Source of the DNA: Bacteroides sp.
Lineage (GTDB): Bacteria; Bacteroidota; Bacteroidia; Bacteroidales; Bacteroidaceae
DNA: 64,000 nucleotides
Direction of reading: 5' to 3'
Assembly: GCA_036652495.1 (NCBI GenBank)
Contig: JAVVVS010000001.1
Span: 76,240-140,239 of the forward strand
The position numbers and the translations under genes are program-made. Below, piece after piece: positions 30,601 to 39,563 of the stretch; position 1 is the stretch's first letter; each line of letters opens with the position of its first letter. The notes beneath the pieces were generated by a model, which worked only from the letters and a program-made list of their open reading frames with translations, ran no database searches and was not told the origin of the DNA.

Positions 30601-31714
30601 TACGGGCAAAGGCATCGACGCGGCGGAGGTAGACAAAATATTCGACCGTTTCTATCAGACCGAACGCGTCGACTCCTTCGCTACCGGAGCTGGGACGGGC
30701 ATCGGACTGGCACTGACCAAAGGCATCATCGAACTCCACCACGGCACCATCCATGTAGAGAGCGAGCTAGGCAAGGGAAGCTGCTTCGTCATCACCCTGC
30801 TTCAAGGAAACGCACACTTTACCAAAGAGCAAATTTCACTCCTCCCCGAGAAGGTGCATCAACCCGAGTTGCCTGACCACGAACCGAAAGACTCTCTGGA
30901 GATAGGCATAGAGGAGACCGAACACTATAAACGCATTCCCAACGCCAGCATGCTGATTGTAGAGGACAACGAAGCCATTAAAGAGATGCTAAAAGGTATC
31001 TTCCAACCCTTCTATCAAGTGTCCACCGCCTCCGACGGTGAAGAAGCACTCGAATTGATTCACCAAGAAATGCCCAGCATTGTGCTGAGCGATGTGGTAA
31101 TGCCTCGTATGTCGGGCACAGAACTCTGCAAACAGATCAAGACCGACTTTAACACGTGCCACCTCCCCGTGGTGCTACTCACCGCCCGTACCGCCATCGA
31201 ACACACCCTCGAGGGGCTGCGCATCGGTGCGGACGATTACATCACCAAGCCTTTCAATATCCACATCCTCATCTCCCGCTGCAACAACCTCGTGAACTCG
31301 CGCATCCTCCTACAAGAGAAGTTCAGCAAGCAACCACAGGCCTTCGCACAAATGCTTGCCACCAATCCTCTGGATAAAGAGATGCTGGACCATGCCATGG
31401 ACATCATCGAACGCCATCTGGACGATTCGGAATTCAACGTCAACACCTTTGCCCGCGAGATAGGCATGGCGCGCACCAACTTATTCACCAAACTCAAAGC
31501 CGTAACGGGACAGACGCCGAACGATTTCATTCTCACCATCCGCCTCAAGAAAGGAGCGCTGATGCTGCGCAACAATCCCGAACTAAACATCTCCGAGATT
31601 GCGGACAAAATCGGATTCTCCTCCGCCCGCTACTTCAGCAAATGCTTCAAAGACGTCTACCAAGTCAGCCCCATGACCTACAGAAAAGGCGAAACGGAGG
31701 CAGAAACGGAATAA
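27665..31714 (+). CDS. Hybrid two-component system sensor kinase/response regulator (BT3334-like)
   Basis: Reg_prop repeats (LWIGT), Y_Y_Y domain (YTNLNPGTY), TM, HisKA (SHEFRTPL), HATPase (GTGIGLAL), receiver (SDVVMP), AraC HTH. Start at ATG 27665. Confidence 0.96.
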   Translation: MKQVKKLALLFLLILNVAAVRTQGQNITFSHLTTDDGLSQFSVNSLYVDENGVLWIGTREGLNRYNGNDIKTYKLQKNNPNSLFCNTVLRIVGNHNGKVYLLCTDGVAEFDLTTQQFKTLIQGNVNGIYYKERLFIGKKDEVYAFNEKTGNFDLYYHVAGKNVAISCLHLDSKGSLWIGTENNGVYKLRSNKQLTHPIETGNITSIYQDSKKELWIGSWEEGLYRVRNDESIENLRHHPADPHSLSSDFVRSCCEDDAGNLWIGTFKGLNCYCRTSGRMTNYTSSMDKTEGLTHSSIWCIVKDSQGTLWLGTYFGGVNYFNPEYEIYTRYKTADNEQNGLSSPIVGRMIEDKTGHLWIGTEGGGVNIYDRKNGTFRWLLQEEGRNSLSHNNVKAIYYDEKKELMWIGTHLGGLNKLDLRTHQFTHYRMNGSDPCSLPSDIIRDITPYNDQLIVGTQNGVCLFDPPTGKCKQLFKDSKEGHAIKMIADLFIDKDGTLWMAVTGEGVYAYRFNTGKLKHYPHSDTPNSLSNNNVNSIMQDSQGHLWFSTSGSGLDLFRFATDDFENFDLQKNGLSSDCIYEVCESSIWKGQLLLITNQGFSQFDYANRTFHNYNTENGFPLTAVNENALYITRDGEVFLGGVRGMISFREKSLHFQPKPYNIMLSRLYVNGKEVTPGDETGILSQALYCTKGITLEADQSMFSIEYATSNFLPANQDEISYQLEGFSNTWNSLKRRQTIITYTNLNPGTYTLLIKAKSKLTKEVRLLIHVLPPWYKTWWANLLYLLIAGSLSAYLIRIYKSRIKLRESLKYEQKHIEDIERLNQSKLRFFTNISHEFRTPLTLIVGQVESLLQTQMFTPTLYSKVLTIYKSSIQLRELITELLDFRKQEQGHMKIKASSHNLVNFLYENYLLFLEYASSKQINFNFHKEEDVIEAWYDQKQLQKVINNLLSNALKHTVAEDTISIHVKRKAPQQIVIEIRDTGKGIDAAEVDKIFDRFYQTERVDSFATGAGTGIGLALTKGIIELHHGTIHVESELGKGSCFVITLLQGNAHFTKEQISLLPEKVHQPELPDHEPKDSLEIGIEETEHYKRIPNASMLIVEDNEAIKEMLKGIFQPFYQVSTASDGEEALELIHQEMPSIVLSDVVMPRMSGTELCKQIKTDFNTCHLPVVLLTARTAIEHTLEGLRIGADDYITKPFNIHILISRCNNLVNSRILLQEKFSKQPQAFAQMLATNPLDKEMLDHAMDIIERHLDDSEFNVNTFAREIGMARTNLFTKLKAVTGQTPNDFILTIRLKKGALMLRNNPELNISEIADKIGFSSARYFSKCFKDVYQVSPMTYRKGETEAETE

Positions 31715-31769
31715 ACTGCGCCCACAACCGCTTGTTCAGCACCAACCAGCACCGGACGGACCCTGTTTT

Positions 31770-31833
31770 GTACGTTTTCAACCCTTATTCGTACGCCCTT
31801 GCACCTGTGTTGCACATGTTAGGATTACTTTTG
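31770..31833 (+). promoter_or_regulatory. Putative HTCS direct-repeat operator plus -7 box of the sulfatase
   Basis: GTACG at 31770 and 31791 (21-bp period); TACTTTTG at 31826, 56 bp after the first half-site. Confidence 0.65.
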
Positions 31834-31862
31834 CTTCCCAGAAACCTTAAAAGAATCCTCGT

Positions 31863-33401
31863 ATGAAGCATTTACTATCGGGCACCCTTGCCCTGCTGCC
31901 AACCATCGCTCTGCTGACAAGCTGCGCGAGCACCGTCAAGAAAGAAGCCAACGCCCGCGAACTCCACAAGCCCAACGTGATTTTTCTCTTTGCCGACGAC
32001 CTCGGCATCGGAGACCTAAGCTGCTACGGCGCCACCAAAATCAGCACGCCCCACATCGACCGGCTAGCGGGACAAGGCGTGCAGTTCACCAATGCTTATG
32101 CCACCTCCGCCACCAGCACGCCCTCCCGCTTCGGACTCCTCACCGGCGGCTATCCTTGGCGGCAAGCCAACACCGGCATCGCCCCCGGCAACTCGGAACT
32201 GATTATCGACACCGCCTGCGTCACCCTGGCGGACCTAATGAAAGATGCCGGATACGCCACCGGTGTGGTGGGCAAATGGCACCTCGGGCTCGGTCCGAAA
32301 GGCGGAACAGATTTCAACCAACAGATTTCACCCAATACACAAGACATCGGTTTCGATTATGAATTTGTCATCCCCGCCACCGTAGACCGCGTGCCCTGCG
32401 TCTTTGTAGAGAACGGACGCGTTGTGGGTCTCGACCCCACCGACCCCATCACTGTGGATTATCAAAAAAAGGTGGGACACTGGCCTACCGGAGCCGAAAA
32501 CCCCGAACTAGTGAAGCTCAAACCCAGCCAAGGGCACAACAACACTATCGTCAACGGCATCCCCCGCATCGGATGGATGACCGGAGGCAAAGCTGCCCTC
32601 TGGAACGATGAAGATATAGCCGACGTCATCACACACAAAGCCAAAAACTTTATCTCCTCGCACAAAAACGAACCCTTCTTTCTCTATATGGGCACACAAG
32701 ACGTACACGTGCCCCGCGTCCCCCATCCCCGCTTTGCAGGGAAGAGCAGACTGGGCACCCGCGGCGATGTGATTCTACAACTCGACTGGACGGTGGGCGA
32801 ACTCATGCATACCCTCGACAGCCTCCACCTGACGGATAACACCCTCTTCATCTTTACCAGCGACAACGGCGGTGTCATCGACGACGGCTACCAAGATCAA
32901 GCCCGCGAACTGCTCCACGGACACACCCCGATGGGCATCTACCGTGGCGGCAAATACAGCGTCTACGACGCCGGCACCCGCGTGCCCTTCCTTGTCCGCT
33001 GGCCCGCCGGCATCCAACCCGCCAAACAACAAGCCTTATTCTCACAAATCGACGTCTACGCCTCACTCGCCGCTCTCGTGCGACAACCGCTGAAAACCGG
33101 CGCCGCCCCCGACAGTGAAGAAAGGCTGAAGGTGCTCCTAGGCAAAGCAGACAACAAGCGTCCATACATCGTGCAGCAAAACTTGAACAATACCCTCGCC
33201 ATCGTCAAAGGACAATGGAAATATATCGAGCCGAGCGCTGCCCCTGCCATTGAATTTTGGACCCGGACGGAGCTGGGCAACGACAAAAGTCCACAACTGT
33301 ATGACTTATCGTCCGACCCGGGTGAACGAGTGAACGTAGCTGTACAGCATCCCCAGACAGTAAAAGAGCTTGCCGCCCTGCTTCAAGCAGTGAAGAACTG
33401 A
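31863..33401 (+). CDS. S1-family Ser-type sulfatase, probable GalNAc-6-O-sulfatase (BT3333-like)
   Basis: Lipobox LLTSC, ADDLG, S-T-P-S-R (SxPxR), GKWHLG, SDNG; lies between the HTCS and SusC. Confidence 0.9.
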   Translation: MKHLLSGTLALLPTIALLTSCASTVKKEANARELHKPNVIFLFADDLGIGDLSCYGATKISTPHIDRLAGQGVQFTNAYATSATSTPSRFGLLTGGYPWRQANTGIAPGNSELIIDTACVTLADLMKDAGYATGVVGKWHLGLGPKGGTDFNQQISPNTQDIGFDYEFVIPATVDRVPCVFVENGRVVGLDPTDPITVDYQKKVGHWPTGAENPELVKLKPSQGHNNTIVNGIPRIGWMTGGKAALWNDEDIADVITHKAKNFISSHKNEPFFLYMGTQDVHVPRVPHPRFAGKSRLGTRGDVILQLDWTVGELMHTLDSLHLTDNTLFIFTSDNGGVIDDGYQDQARELLHGHTPMGIYRGGKYSVYDAGTRVPFLVRWPAGIQPAKQQALFSQIDVYASLAALVRQPLKTGAAPDSEERLKVLLGKADNKRPYIVQQNLNNTLAIVKGQWKYIEPSAAPAIEFWTRTELGNDKSPQLYDLSSDPGERVNVAVQHPQTVKELAALLQAVKN

Positions 33402-33404
33402 TTT

Positions 33405-33468
33405 GTACAAAATCGCACTCTTTGCGAACGATTTGCACGCTAAAATCCATCAATCCTGCTTACTTTTG
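33405..33468 (+). promoter_or_regulatory. Putative HTCS direct-repeat operator plus -7 box of susC
   Basis: GTACA at 33405 and GAACG at 33426 (21-bp period); TACTTTTG at 33461, again 56 bp after the first half-site. Confidence 0.65.
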
Positions 33469-33549
33469 CCCTCAGCCATCCCTTCCGCAAGGCGGGGCGG
33501 CAACCCTAAAGATCTATCGTCTCTCTATACTAACATTATATCTATCTCT

Positions 33550-36500
33550 ATGAAAAAGAACGTAATTTTTGTACTCGTAGCAGCCTTTCTGCTACTTCTT
33601 TCCGGCAAGATGGAAGCCCAGACCGGAAGCACCGTCACAGGCACCGTGCTCGATGCACAAGGTGAAATTCTGCCCGGCGTCAGCGTTAACGTCAAAGGCA
33701 CCAGCGTAGGAACCATCACTAATCTCGACGGAATCTTCACTCTCTTTGCCCGGTCGTCGGACGTCCTCAAGTTCTCCTTCGTGGGCTACAAAACCCAAGA
33801 AGTAAAAGTGGGCAACCAAAAAAAATTCACCATCAAGCTCCAGGAAGATAATCTCAACCTCGACGAAGTGGTAGTGGTAGCCGTGGGCTACGGCGACGTG
33901 AAGCGCCGCGACCTCACCGGAAGCATCGGCAAAGCCAACCTTGCCGACCTGACAAAAACACCCGTCAACAACATCGCTGAGTCGCTGGGCGGACGTATCG
34001 CCGGCGTACGCGTCTCTTCTACAGACGGCGGATTGGGTGACAACTTCAACATCGTCATCCGCGGTGCGGGGTCGCTCACACAAAGCACCGCACCGCTCTA
34101 CGTCATCGACGGATTTCCCCAAGAAAGCTCCAACATGGGCACCCTCAACCCCAACGACATCGAAGCCATCGACGTGCTCAAGGACGCCTCTGCCACCACC
34201 ATCTACGGCTCGCGCGGTGCCAACGGCGTAGTCATCATCACCACCAAGAAAGGCAAGTCCGGCAAACCCAGCATTGCTTACAACGGCAGCTTCAGCGCCA
34301 GCATGGTGAACAACAAGCCCGAAATGATGAATGGATACGAGTTCGTCAAACTTCAGCAAGAAGTGATGAACGAGACCGAATTCGGCGACACCTATCTTAA
34401 AGACGGTTTGACGCTCGACAGCTACCGCACCTTCAAAACGTACGATTGGCAGGACGAAATCTTTCGCACCGCTCTGAGCCACAACCACCACGTCTCCCTC
34501 AACGGAACTACCGACCGCGGACTGAAGTACGCCTCTTCCCTCTCGTACAGCAATCAGCAAGGAGTAATCATCAACTCCGATATGAGCCGCTACCAGGGGC
34601 GTATCAACTTAAGCCAAAAATTCAACAAGAAATTCAAGATAGATGCCAACGCCAATTACTCGAGCAACGTGCAAAACGGTCCCAACCCCAGCAGTACCTC
34701 TGCCATGAGCACTGCTTGGATGTACAGCGTCTGGGCCTATCGCCCCGTATCTCCTTCGGGCAGCGACCTGCTGAATGAAATCTACGACACCGACGTCAAC
34801 ATGGCCGAAGACTACCGTTTCAATCCCGTGCAGTCCGCCCGCAACGAATACCGCCGCAACACCATCAACAACTTGCAAGCCAACCTCAGTCTGGAGTACG
34901 AGATGATCTCCAACCTCAAGCTCAAAGTCTCCGCCGGCTATTCGGGACGTGACTCCAAGTACGAAGCTTTCAACGGTTCCAAAACCCGCACAGGCAACTC
35001 CCACCCCTCCAACACGCAGAGCAAGGGCATCAACGCCTCGCTCGGGCAAAACGAGTTCCGCAGCTACCTCAACGAGAACACCCTCACCTATCAGTTCATC
35101 CAAAAGAAGCACAATATGAACGCCCTGGCAGGTTTGACCTTCCAAAAAAACACCAACTTCGGGCATTCCATCGCCGCCGAACACATCACCAACGAATCTT
35201 TCGGCATGGCAGGGCTGGACAAGGGAGCTTCGATACCCTCTGTCAATTCCTTCAAGAACGAAAGCACCATGATGTCGTACTTCGGACGCTTGAACTACAA
35301 TTACGACTCCAAATACTACGCCAACCTCTCCATGCGTGCCGACGGATCATCCAAGTTTCCCAAGGCCAATCGCTGGGGTTACTTCCCCTCCGGTTCACTC
35401 GCTTGGGCGTTTGCCCGCGAATCGTTCGTTGCCGATAAGCTGCCTTGGCTATCCGCTGGAAAGATCCGCGCCAGTTGGGGACTGACGGGCAACAACCGCG
35501 TAGGCGAATATGACTACCTAGCCAAACTGATGACGGATGATGATTGGTACAAATACCCTTGGAACGGCTCCTTCACCCCCGGATTCGTTGTCACCGCCAA
35601 AGCCAACGCCAAGCTGAAATGGGAAACCACCGAACAATACAACGTTGGACTCGACCTCGGCTTTTTCGACGGACGCCTCAACCTGACAGCAGACTATTAC
35701 ATCAAAACGACCAAAGACCTGCTCCTCTCGGCCGACGTACCAGGCAGTTCCGGCTTTTCTTCCGCCACCCTCAACGTGGGCAAACTTCGCAACAAGGGCT
35801 TAGAGCTGACACTCGAAAGCACCAACATCCAGACGAAGAATTTCACCTGGACGTCCAATTTCAACATCGCCTTCAACTCCAACGAAATAGTGTCACTCAC
35901 CGAAGGTAAGGGCGAAATCATCAACTTCGTCAACTGGGACAATAAGTTCAGAACCATGCCCGCCTACCTCAGCCAAATCGGCGAATCAGCCGGACGCATG
36001 TACGGCTTCGTTTACGACGGGACCTACAAAGAAACGGACTTCACCGCCACTACCGACGCTAGCGGCAAAGTGAAATACACTCTCAACGAAGGCGTGCCGT
36101 ACTATGCCTCCAACTGCCAACCGGGCGACCCCAAATATAAGAATCTCGACGGCAGCGCTGACAACAAGATCTCCGACACCGACCGCACCGCCATCGGCGA
36201 GGGACAGCCCAAGCACACTGGCGGATTCAGCAACAACTTCGTCTACAAGCATTGGGACTTGAGCATCTTCTTGCAATGGAGCTATGGCAACGATGTCCTC
36301 AACGCCAACCGCATGGTATTCGAAAACGCCGGCAAACGCAAAAACACCAACATGTTTGCCTCCTACTGCAACCGCTGGAATGCCGACAACCCCTACAGCG
36401 ATATGCCCCGCGCTTACTCCGAAGGAGCTGACGTGTACAGCTCGCTCTATGTGGAAGACGGATCCTTCCTCAAACTCAAAACCATCTCCTTGGGATACAA

Positions 36501-36702
36501 CTTCCCCTCACAGCTTGTCAAAAAGGCGGGCATGAGCGCCGCCCGCATCTTTGTCTCGGCAGAAAACATAGCCACCATCACCGGCTACAGCGGACCCGAC
36601 CCCGAAGTCTCCACCCGGAACTCCGTGCTCACGCCCAGCTTCGACTACTCGGCGTATCCACGATCGTTCAATGCCTCCTTAGGAGTAAACGTCACCTTTT
36701 AA
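33550..36702 (+). CDS. SusC-family TonB-dependent transporter of the CS-type PUL
   Basis: Signal peptide, CarboxypepD_reg domain, DVLKDASATTIYGSRGANGVVIITTK, C-terminal GVNVTF. Start at ATG 33550. Confidence 0.96.
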   Translation: MKKNVIFVLVAAFLLLLSGKMEAQTGSTVTGTVLDAQGEILPGVSVNVKGTSVGTITNLDGIFTLFARSSDVLKFSFVGYKTQEVKVGNQKKFTIKLQEDNLNLDEVVVVAVGYGDVKRRDLTGSIGKANLADLTKTPVNNIAESLGGRIAGVRVSSTDGGLGDNFNIVIRGAGSLTQSTAPLYVIDGFPQESSNMGTLNPNDIEAIDVLKDASATTIYGSRGANGVVIITTKKGKSGKPSIAYNGSFSASMVNNKPEMMNGYEFVKLQQEVMNETEFGDTYLKDGLTLDSYRTFKTYDWQDEIFRTALSHNHHVSLNGTTDRGLKYASSLSYSNQQGVIINSDMSRYQGRINLSQKFNKKFKIDANANYSSNVQNGPNPSSTSAMSTAWMYSVWAYRPVSPSGSDLLNEIYDTDVNMAEDYRFNPVQSARNEYRRNTINNLQANLSLEYEMISNLKLKVSAGYSGRDSKYEAFNGSKTRTGNSHPSNTQSKGINASLGQNEFRSYLNENTLTYQFIQKKHNMNALAGLTFQKNTNFGHSIAAEHITNESFGMAGLDKGASIPSVNSFKNESTMMSYFGRLNYNYDSKYYANLSMRADGSSKFPKANRWGYFPSGSLAWAFARESFVADKLPWLSAGKIRASWGLTGNNRVGEYDYLAKLMTDDDWYKYPWNGSFTPGFVVTAKANAKLKWETTEQYNVGLDLGFFDGRLNLTADYYIKTTKDLLLSADVPGSSGFSSATLNVGKLRNKGLELTLESTNIQTKNFTWTSNFNIAFNSNEIVSLTEGKGEIINFVNWDNKFRTMPAYLSQIGESAGRMYGFVYDGTYKETDFTATTDASGKVKYTLNEGVPYYASNCQPGDPKYKNLDGSADNKISDTDRTAIGEGQPKHTGGFSNNFVYKHWDLSIFLQWSYGNDVLNANRMVFENAGKRKNTNMFASYCNRWNADNPYSDMPRAYSEGADVYSSLYVEDGSFLKLKTISLGYNFPSQLVKKAGMSAARIFVSAENIATITGYSGPDPEVSTRNSVLTPSFDYSAYPRSFNASLGVNVTF

Positions 36703-36732
36703 TATCCATCAACTACTAAAAAACGAGAACAC

Positions 36733-38343
36733 ATGAAACCATTCAATAAACTAGTCCGAAACGCTCTCTTCCTCTTGGCGGGAGTCGGATCCCTTGCCTC
36801 GTGCGACTTTCTGGAAACCGCTCCCTACGACTTCATCGCCCCCGAAACCTTCTATAAAAACGAAGCGGACTGCAACATGGCGTTGGCGGGCACGTATTAC
36901 TCGCTCGTCACCACCGAGCTCTACGGCAGTTTCTATGCCTGCGAAATGTCTAACGTAGATGACCTGAGCTACTACACTCGCACCAACAACACTTCCACGC
37001 AAATCTGGGCAAACGACCACAACACCAGCTCCAAAGTAGTGTGGGATGCATGGGAAAAACTCTACATGGGCATCAAAAACGCCAACGCCCTGCTCGAGAA
37101 CATCGACAAAGCCACCATGGACGAACCCATTCGCAACCGCATCAAAGGCGAAGCCAAATTCTTGCGCGCCTACTACCACTTCTTGCTGGTGCAAGGCTGG
37201 TACGAAGTACCCCTGCGCAAACAATCATTGGACGACATCAACGCCGCCAGCCTTGCCGCCACCCCGCATACCGAAGCCCTAGACTGGATTATCGCTGAGA
37301 TGGATGCCTGCATCGACTTAGTAGACAACTCCGCCTACGACCTCTCGCCCTCGCACGTCAAGAAGAACACCGTGCTGGGCATACTAGCCCGCGTCTGCCT
37401 CTGGAGAGCTGGAAACCCCAGCAACGGCGGAAAGCCTTTCTTTCTGAAGGCTGCCACCTACGCTAAGCTGGTGGCGGACTCCAAAAAGCACAAGCTCAAC
37501 GCCGACGAATTCAGCCTCTGGCGCTGCATGGCTTCGGACAAGTACGACACCAAGAGCAACGAATCCATCTGGGAAGCCGAATTCATCGGCACCCGTGACG
37601 ATGGCAATTTCACCGGAGGACGCATCGGAAACGTCATCGGAAATGCACAACGCAACGGAAACATGAACGGAAAAGGCTACACATACTCCTTCTATGCCGG
37701 AACGCTTATCCTCTGGGACCTCTTCAATAAGAATCCTGCCGACAACCGACGCGACCTCGCCATGGCGCCCTACTGGCTCAACAACAAAGACGCCGTGGTG
37801 AAATGGACGGATAAGGACATCGTATCCCGTCGTTGCGGAAAGTTCCGCCGCGAATGGGAGACTTCCGACAAGAAAAACAAAAATTGGACCCCCGAAAACT
37901 ATCCCTTGTTACGCTATGCCGACGTGCTGCTGATGCTGGCCGAAGCAGAGAACGAAGCCAACCAAGCACCCACACCCGCTGCCTATGCTGCCATCAACGA
38001 AGTGCGCAAACGAGCAGGCATCGACCCGCTCAAAGGGCTCTCCTACGCAACTTTCCAGCAAGAGCTGCGCGACGAACGCGCTCGCGAACTCTGCTTTGAA
38101 TCGCTACGCAAGTATGACCTCGTGCGATGGGGCATCTACGAAAAGACCATGCACCAGAAGCTCGCGGCGGCAGCGAACGACAAGCGTTGGAAGCAAACGG
38201 ACAAAACAGATAAGACGGGCGGACAATACACCGGCGCCAAAAAAGTGGCAGAAAACACTCAAGCCAAACACCAGTTCTTCCCTATCCCCGCCAAAGAACT
38301 AGCGGTGAACACAAAATTGGAACAGAACAAGTACTGGAAATAA
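36733..38343 (+). CDS. SusD-family lipoprotein of the CS-type PUL
   Basis: Lipobox LASC, GEAKFLRAYYHF, LRYADVLLMLAEA, ERARELCFE. Confidence 0.96.
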   Translation: MKPFNKLVRNALFLLAGVGSLASCDFLETAPYDFIAPETFYKNEADCNMALAGTYYSLVTTELYGSFYACEMSNVDDLSYYTRTNNTSTQIWANDHNTSSKVVWDAWEKLYMGIKNANALLENIDKATMDEPIRNRIKGEAKFLRAYYHFLLVQGWYEVPLRKQSLDDINAASLAATPHTEALDWIIAEMDACIDLVDNSAYDLSPSHVKKNTVLGILARVCLWRAGNPSNGGKPFFLKAATYAKLVADSKKHKLNADEFSLWRCMASDKYDTKSNESIWEAEFIGTRDDGNFTGGRIGNVIGNAQRNGNMNGKGYTYSFYAGTLILWDLFNKNPADNRRDLAMAPYWLNNKDAVVKWTDKDIVSRRCGKFRREWETSDKKNKNWTPENYPLLRYADVLLMLAEAENEANQAPTPAAYAAINEVRKRAGIDPLKGLSYATFQQELRDERARELCFESLRKYDLVRWGIYEKTMHQKLAAAANDKRWKQTDKTDKTGGQYTGAKKVAENTQAKHQFFPIPAKELAVNTKLEQNKYWK

Positions 38344-38380
38344 ACAGCCACCTGAACTGATACGCGAACAACGCGTACCT

Positions 38381-38440
38381 AGACAGACGAACACGGACTT
38401 TTTTAGCTGGGCAGCTAAAGAAGTCCGTGTTCGTCTGTCT
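38381..38440. repeat. Long REP-like hairpin, probably also the PUL terminator
   Basis: 29-bp arms (28/29 complementary) around GG; core TTTTAGCTGGGCAGCTAAA at 38401-38419. Confidence 0.85.
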
Positions 38441-38459
38441 TACTTTAAAGCGAATACTG

Positions 38460-38467
38460 TATCTTTG
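38460..38467 (+). promoter_or_regulatory. -7 box (TATCTTTG) for the dus gene
   Basis: TAnnTTTG 90 bp upstream of ATG 38558. Confidence 0.55.
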
Positions 38468-38557
38468 CCCGCACTCACCTCTGAGCTAAAGAGAATGAAC
38501 GCTGTGAGACTCTGTGCCCTCAGTGATGAAAACAACTATAAATAAAAGCTAAACGCT

Positions 38558-39487
38558 ATGACCCCGATACATTTCGCCCCCTTGCAAGGCTACACCGAAG
38601 CACCTTACCGCGACGCACACGCTGCCATCTTTGGCGGCATCGACACGTACTACACGCCCTTCGTCCGCCTCGAGCGGGGAGAGTTCCGCCGGAAAGACGC
38701 ACGGGACGTGGCGCCCGAGAGCAACCACGTGCCCCGCCTCGTGCCCCAACTACTCGCACCCACCCTCGAAAAGGCGGAAACCATCCTCGCCCTTTTCCAA
38801 TCCAAAGGTTATACCCAAGCGAGCATAAACCTGGGGTGCCCCTACCCCACCCTTGCCAAGCGACACAACGGTGCAGGCATCCTGCCCTATCCCCAAGAAG
38901 TGGAAGCATTGCTGCAACTCGTCACGCGGCACCCCGACATCCGCTTCTCCGTCAAGATGCGGCTGGGATGGGGCAACGCTAAAGAGTGCCTCGCCTTGGC
39001 GCCCCTGCTCAACGGGCTGCCGCTAGAACACGTCACCCTCCACCCACGGCTGGGGCAGCAACAGTACAAGGGCGAAGCGGACTTAGATGCCTTTGCCGCC
39101 TTTGCCGCCGTATGCGAAAAACCGTTGATCTATAATGGCGACCTCCTGACCATAGAAGACATCAAACGCACGGAAGCCCGCTTCCCCGCTCTGGCAGGCA
39201 TGATGGTGGGGCGCGGATTGCTCGCTAACCCCGCTCTGGCGATGGAATACGCTGCGGGGGAAGCCCTCCCGCCCCAAGAGTGGCGCAAAAAAGTCGCCGC
39301 CCTGCACGCTGCCGTATACCTCCGTTACGAGGAGCAGTTGCAAGGCGGCGACGAACAGTTGCTGCACAAGGTGAAGCCTTTCTGGGATTATCTGGAGCCG
39401 GCGCTCGACCGCAAGGTGTGGAAGACCATCCACAAGAGCGGCAGCCTGAACAACTACTTAGCAGCGGTGGCGCTGCTGTCACACTAA
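38558..39487 (+). CDS. tRNA-dihydrouridine synthase family protein
   Basis: FAPLQGYT, INLGCP (catalytic Cys), SVKMRLG, HPR, YNGD, GRGLLANP. Confidence 0.93.
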   Translation: MTPIHFAPLQGYTEAPYRDAHAAIFGGIDTYYTPFVRLERGEFRRKDARDVAPESNHVPRLVPQLLAPTLEKAETILALFQSKGYTQASINLGCPYPTLAKRHNGAGILPYPQEVEALLQLVTRHPDIRFSVKMRLGWGNAKECLALAPLLNGLPLEHVTLHPRLGQQQYKGEADLDAFAAFAAVCEKPLIYNGDLLTIEDIKRTEARFPALAGMMVGRGLLANPALAMEYAAGEALPPQEWRKKVAALHAAVYLRYEEQLQGGDEQLLHKVKPFWDYLEPALDRKVWKTIHKSGSLNNYLAAVALLSH

Positions 39488-39509
39488 TTACCGGTGTTAT
39501 TTAGATGCG

Positions 39510-39557
39510 AAATCCGCGGATTCTTTTAGCTGGGCAGCTAAAAATATCCGCGGATTT
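39510..39557. repeat. REP-like hairpin / bidirectional terminator between dus and the lyase
   Basis: 23-bp arms (21/23) around GG; the same 19-bp core at 39524-39542. Confidence 0.85.
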
Positions 39558-39563
39558 TTATAC

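Noticed and set aside
33401-33550. Invertible phase-variable promoter upstream of susC
   Set aside because: No flanking inverted repeats around the promoter and no recombinase in the window.
38558-39487. dus as a recently inserted integron-like cassette
   Set aside because: No integron integrase or attC R-boxes, and I recall a dus gene at the equivalent position in B. thetaiotaomicron. Only the hairpins are kept as a finding.
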